A DNA stretch of 64,000 bases from a virus. The position numbers and the translations under genes were made by a program. Position 1 is the stretch's first letter. Each line of letters begins with the position of its first letter. The stretch lies in IMG/VR virus record IMGVR_UViG_3300046170_000391. The stretch is one strand, 5' to 3'. This document shows positions 63,976 to 64,000 of the stretch, piece by piece. A model generated the notes under the pieces. The model was not told the DNA's origin. It searched no databases and saw nothing but the letters and a program-made list of their open reading frames with translations.

Positions 63976-64000
63976 AGATTTGCTCCTTTTTCGTTCAAGA

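Overview
This is a 64-kb internal segment of a large, T5-like (Demerecviridae-type) lytic siphophage. The host is probably a marine alphaproteobacterium, inferred from promoter and operator motifs. Layout: (1) 1-2310 (+) is the end of an early/nucleotide block: thyX, a GT-B glycosyltransferase and a nicotianamine-synthase-like SAM enzyme. (2) 2311-45,700 (-) is a complete late/morphogenesis region: TerS, TerL, nicking HNH, portal, prohead protease, major capsid, head/tail completion, tail tube, chaperones with a -1 frameshift, tape measure, a lambda-type M/L/K/I/J tail tip and several fibres. It is interleaved with two radical-SAM enzymes, a 2OG-Fe(II) oxygenase and a GT-A glycosyltransferase. 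(3) A double-HNH endonuclease follows. (4) About 46.85-54.1 kb (+) is a putative terminal-repeat / first-step-transfer (pre-early) region. It is built from repeated strong-promoter modules with phased IHF-type sites and NrdR-like and Zur-like boxes. It encodes two HAD phosphatases, PPK2, a DEDDh exonuclease, many micro-ORFs and two T5 A2-like proteins, but no recognisable A1, and ends in a non-coding injection-stop-like region. (5) 54.1-64 kb (-) holds early genes (TctA/TctC-like transporter pair, protein kinase, a third A2-like gene) and three long, promoter-bounded, hairpin-rich non-coding tracts that look like structured RNAs of unknown family. The most novel candidates are the ncRNA cluster at 61.9-63.75 kb and the host-protein binding-site array in the first-injected DNA. 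Two single-base frameshifts in homopolymers (portal; protease/capsid) may be sequencing errors. All assignments come from motif recognition by eye; no searches were run.
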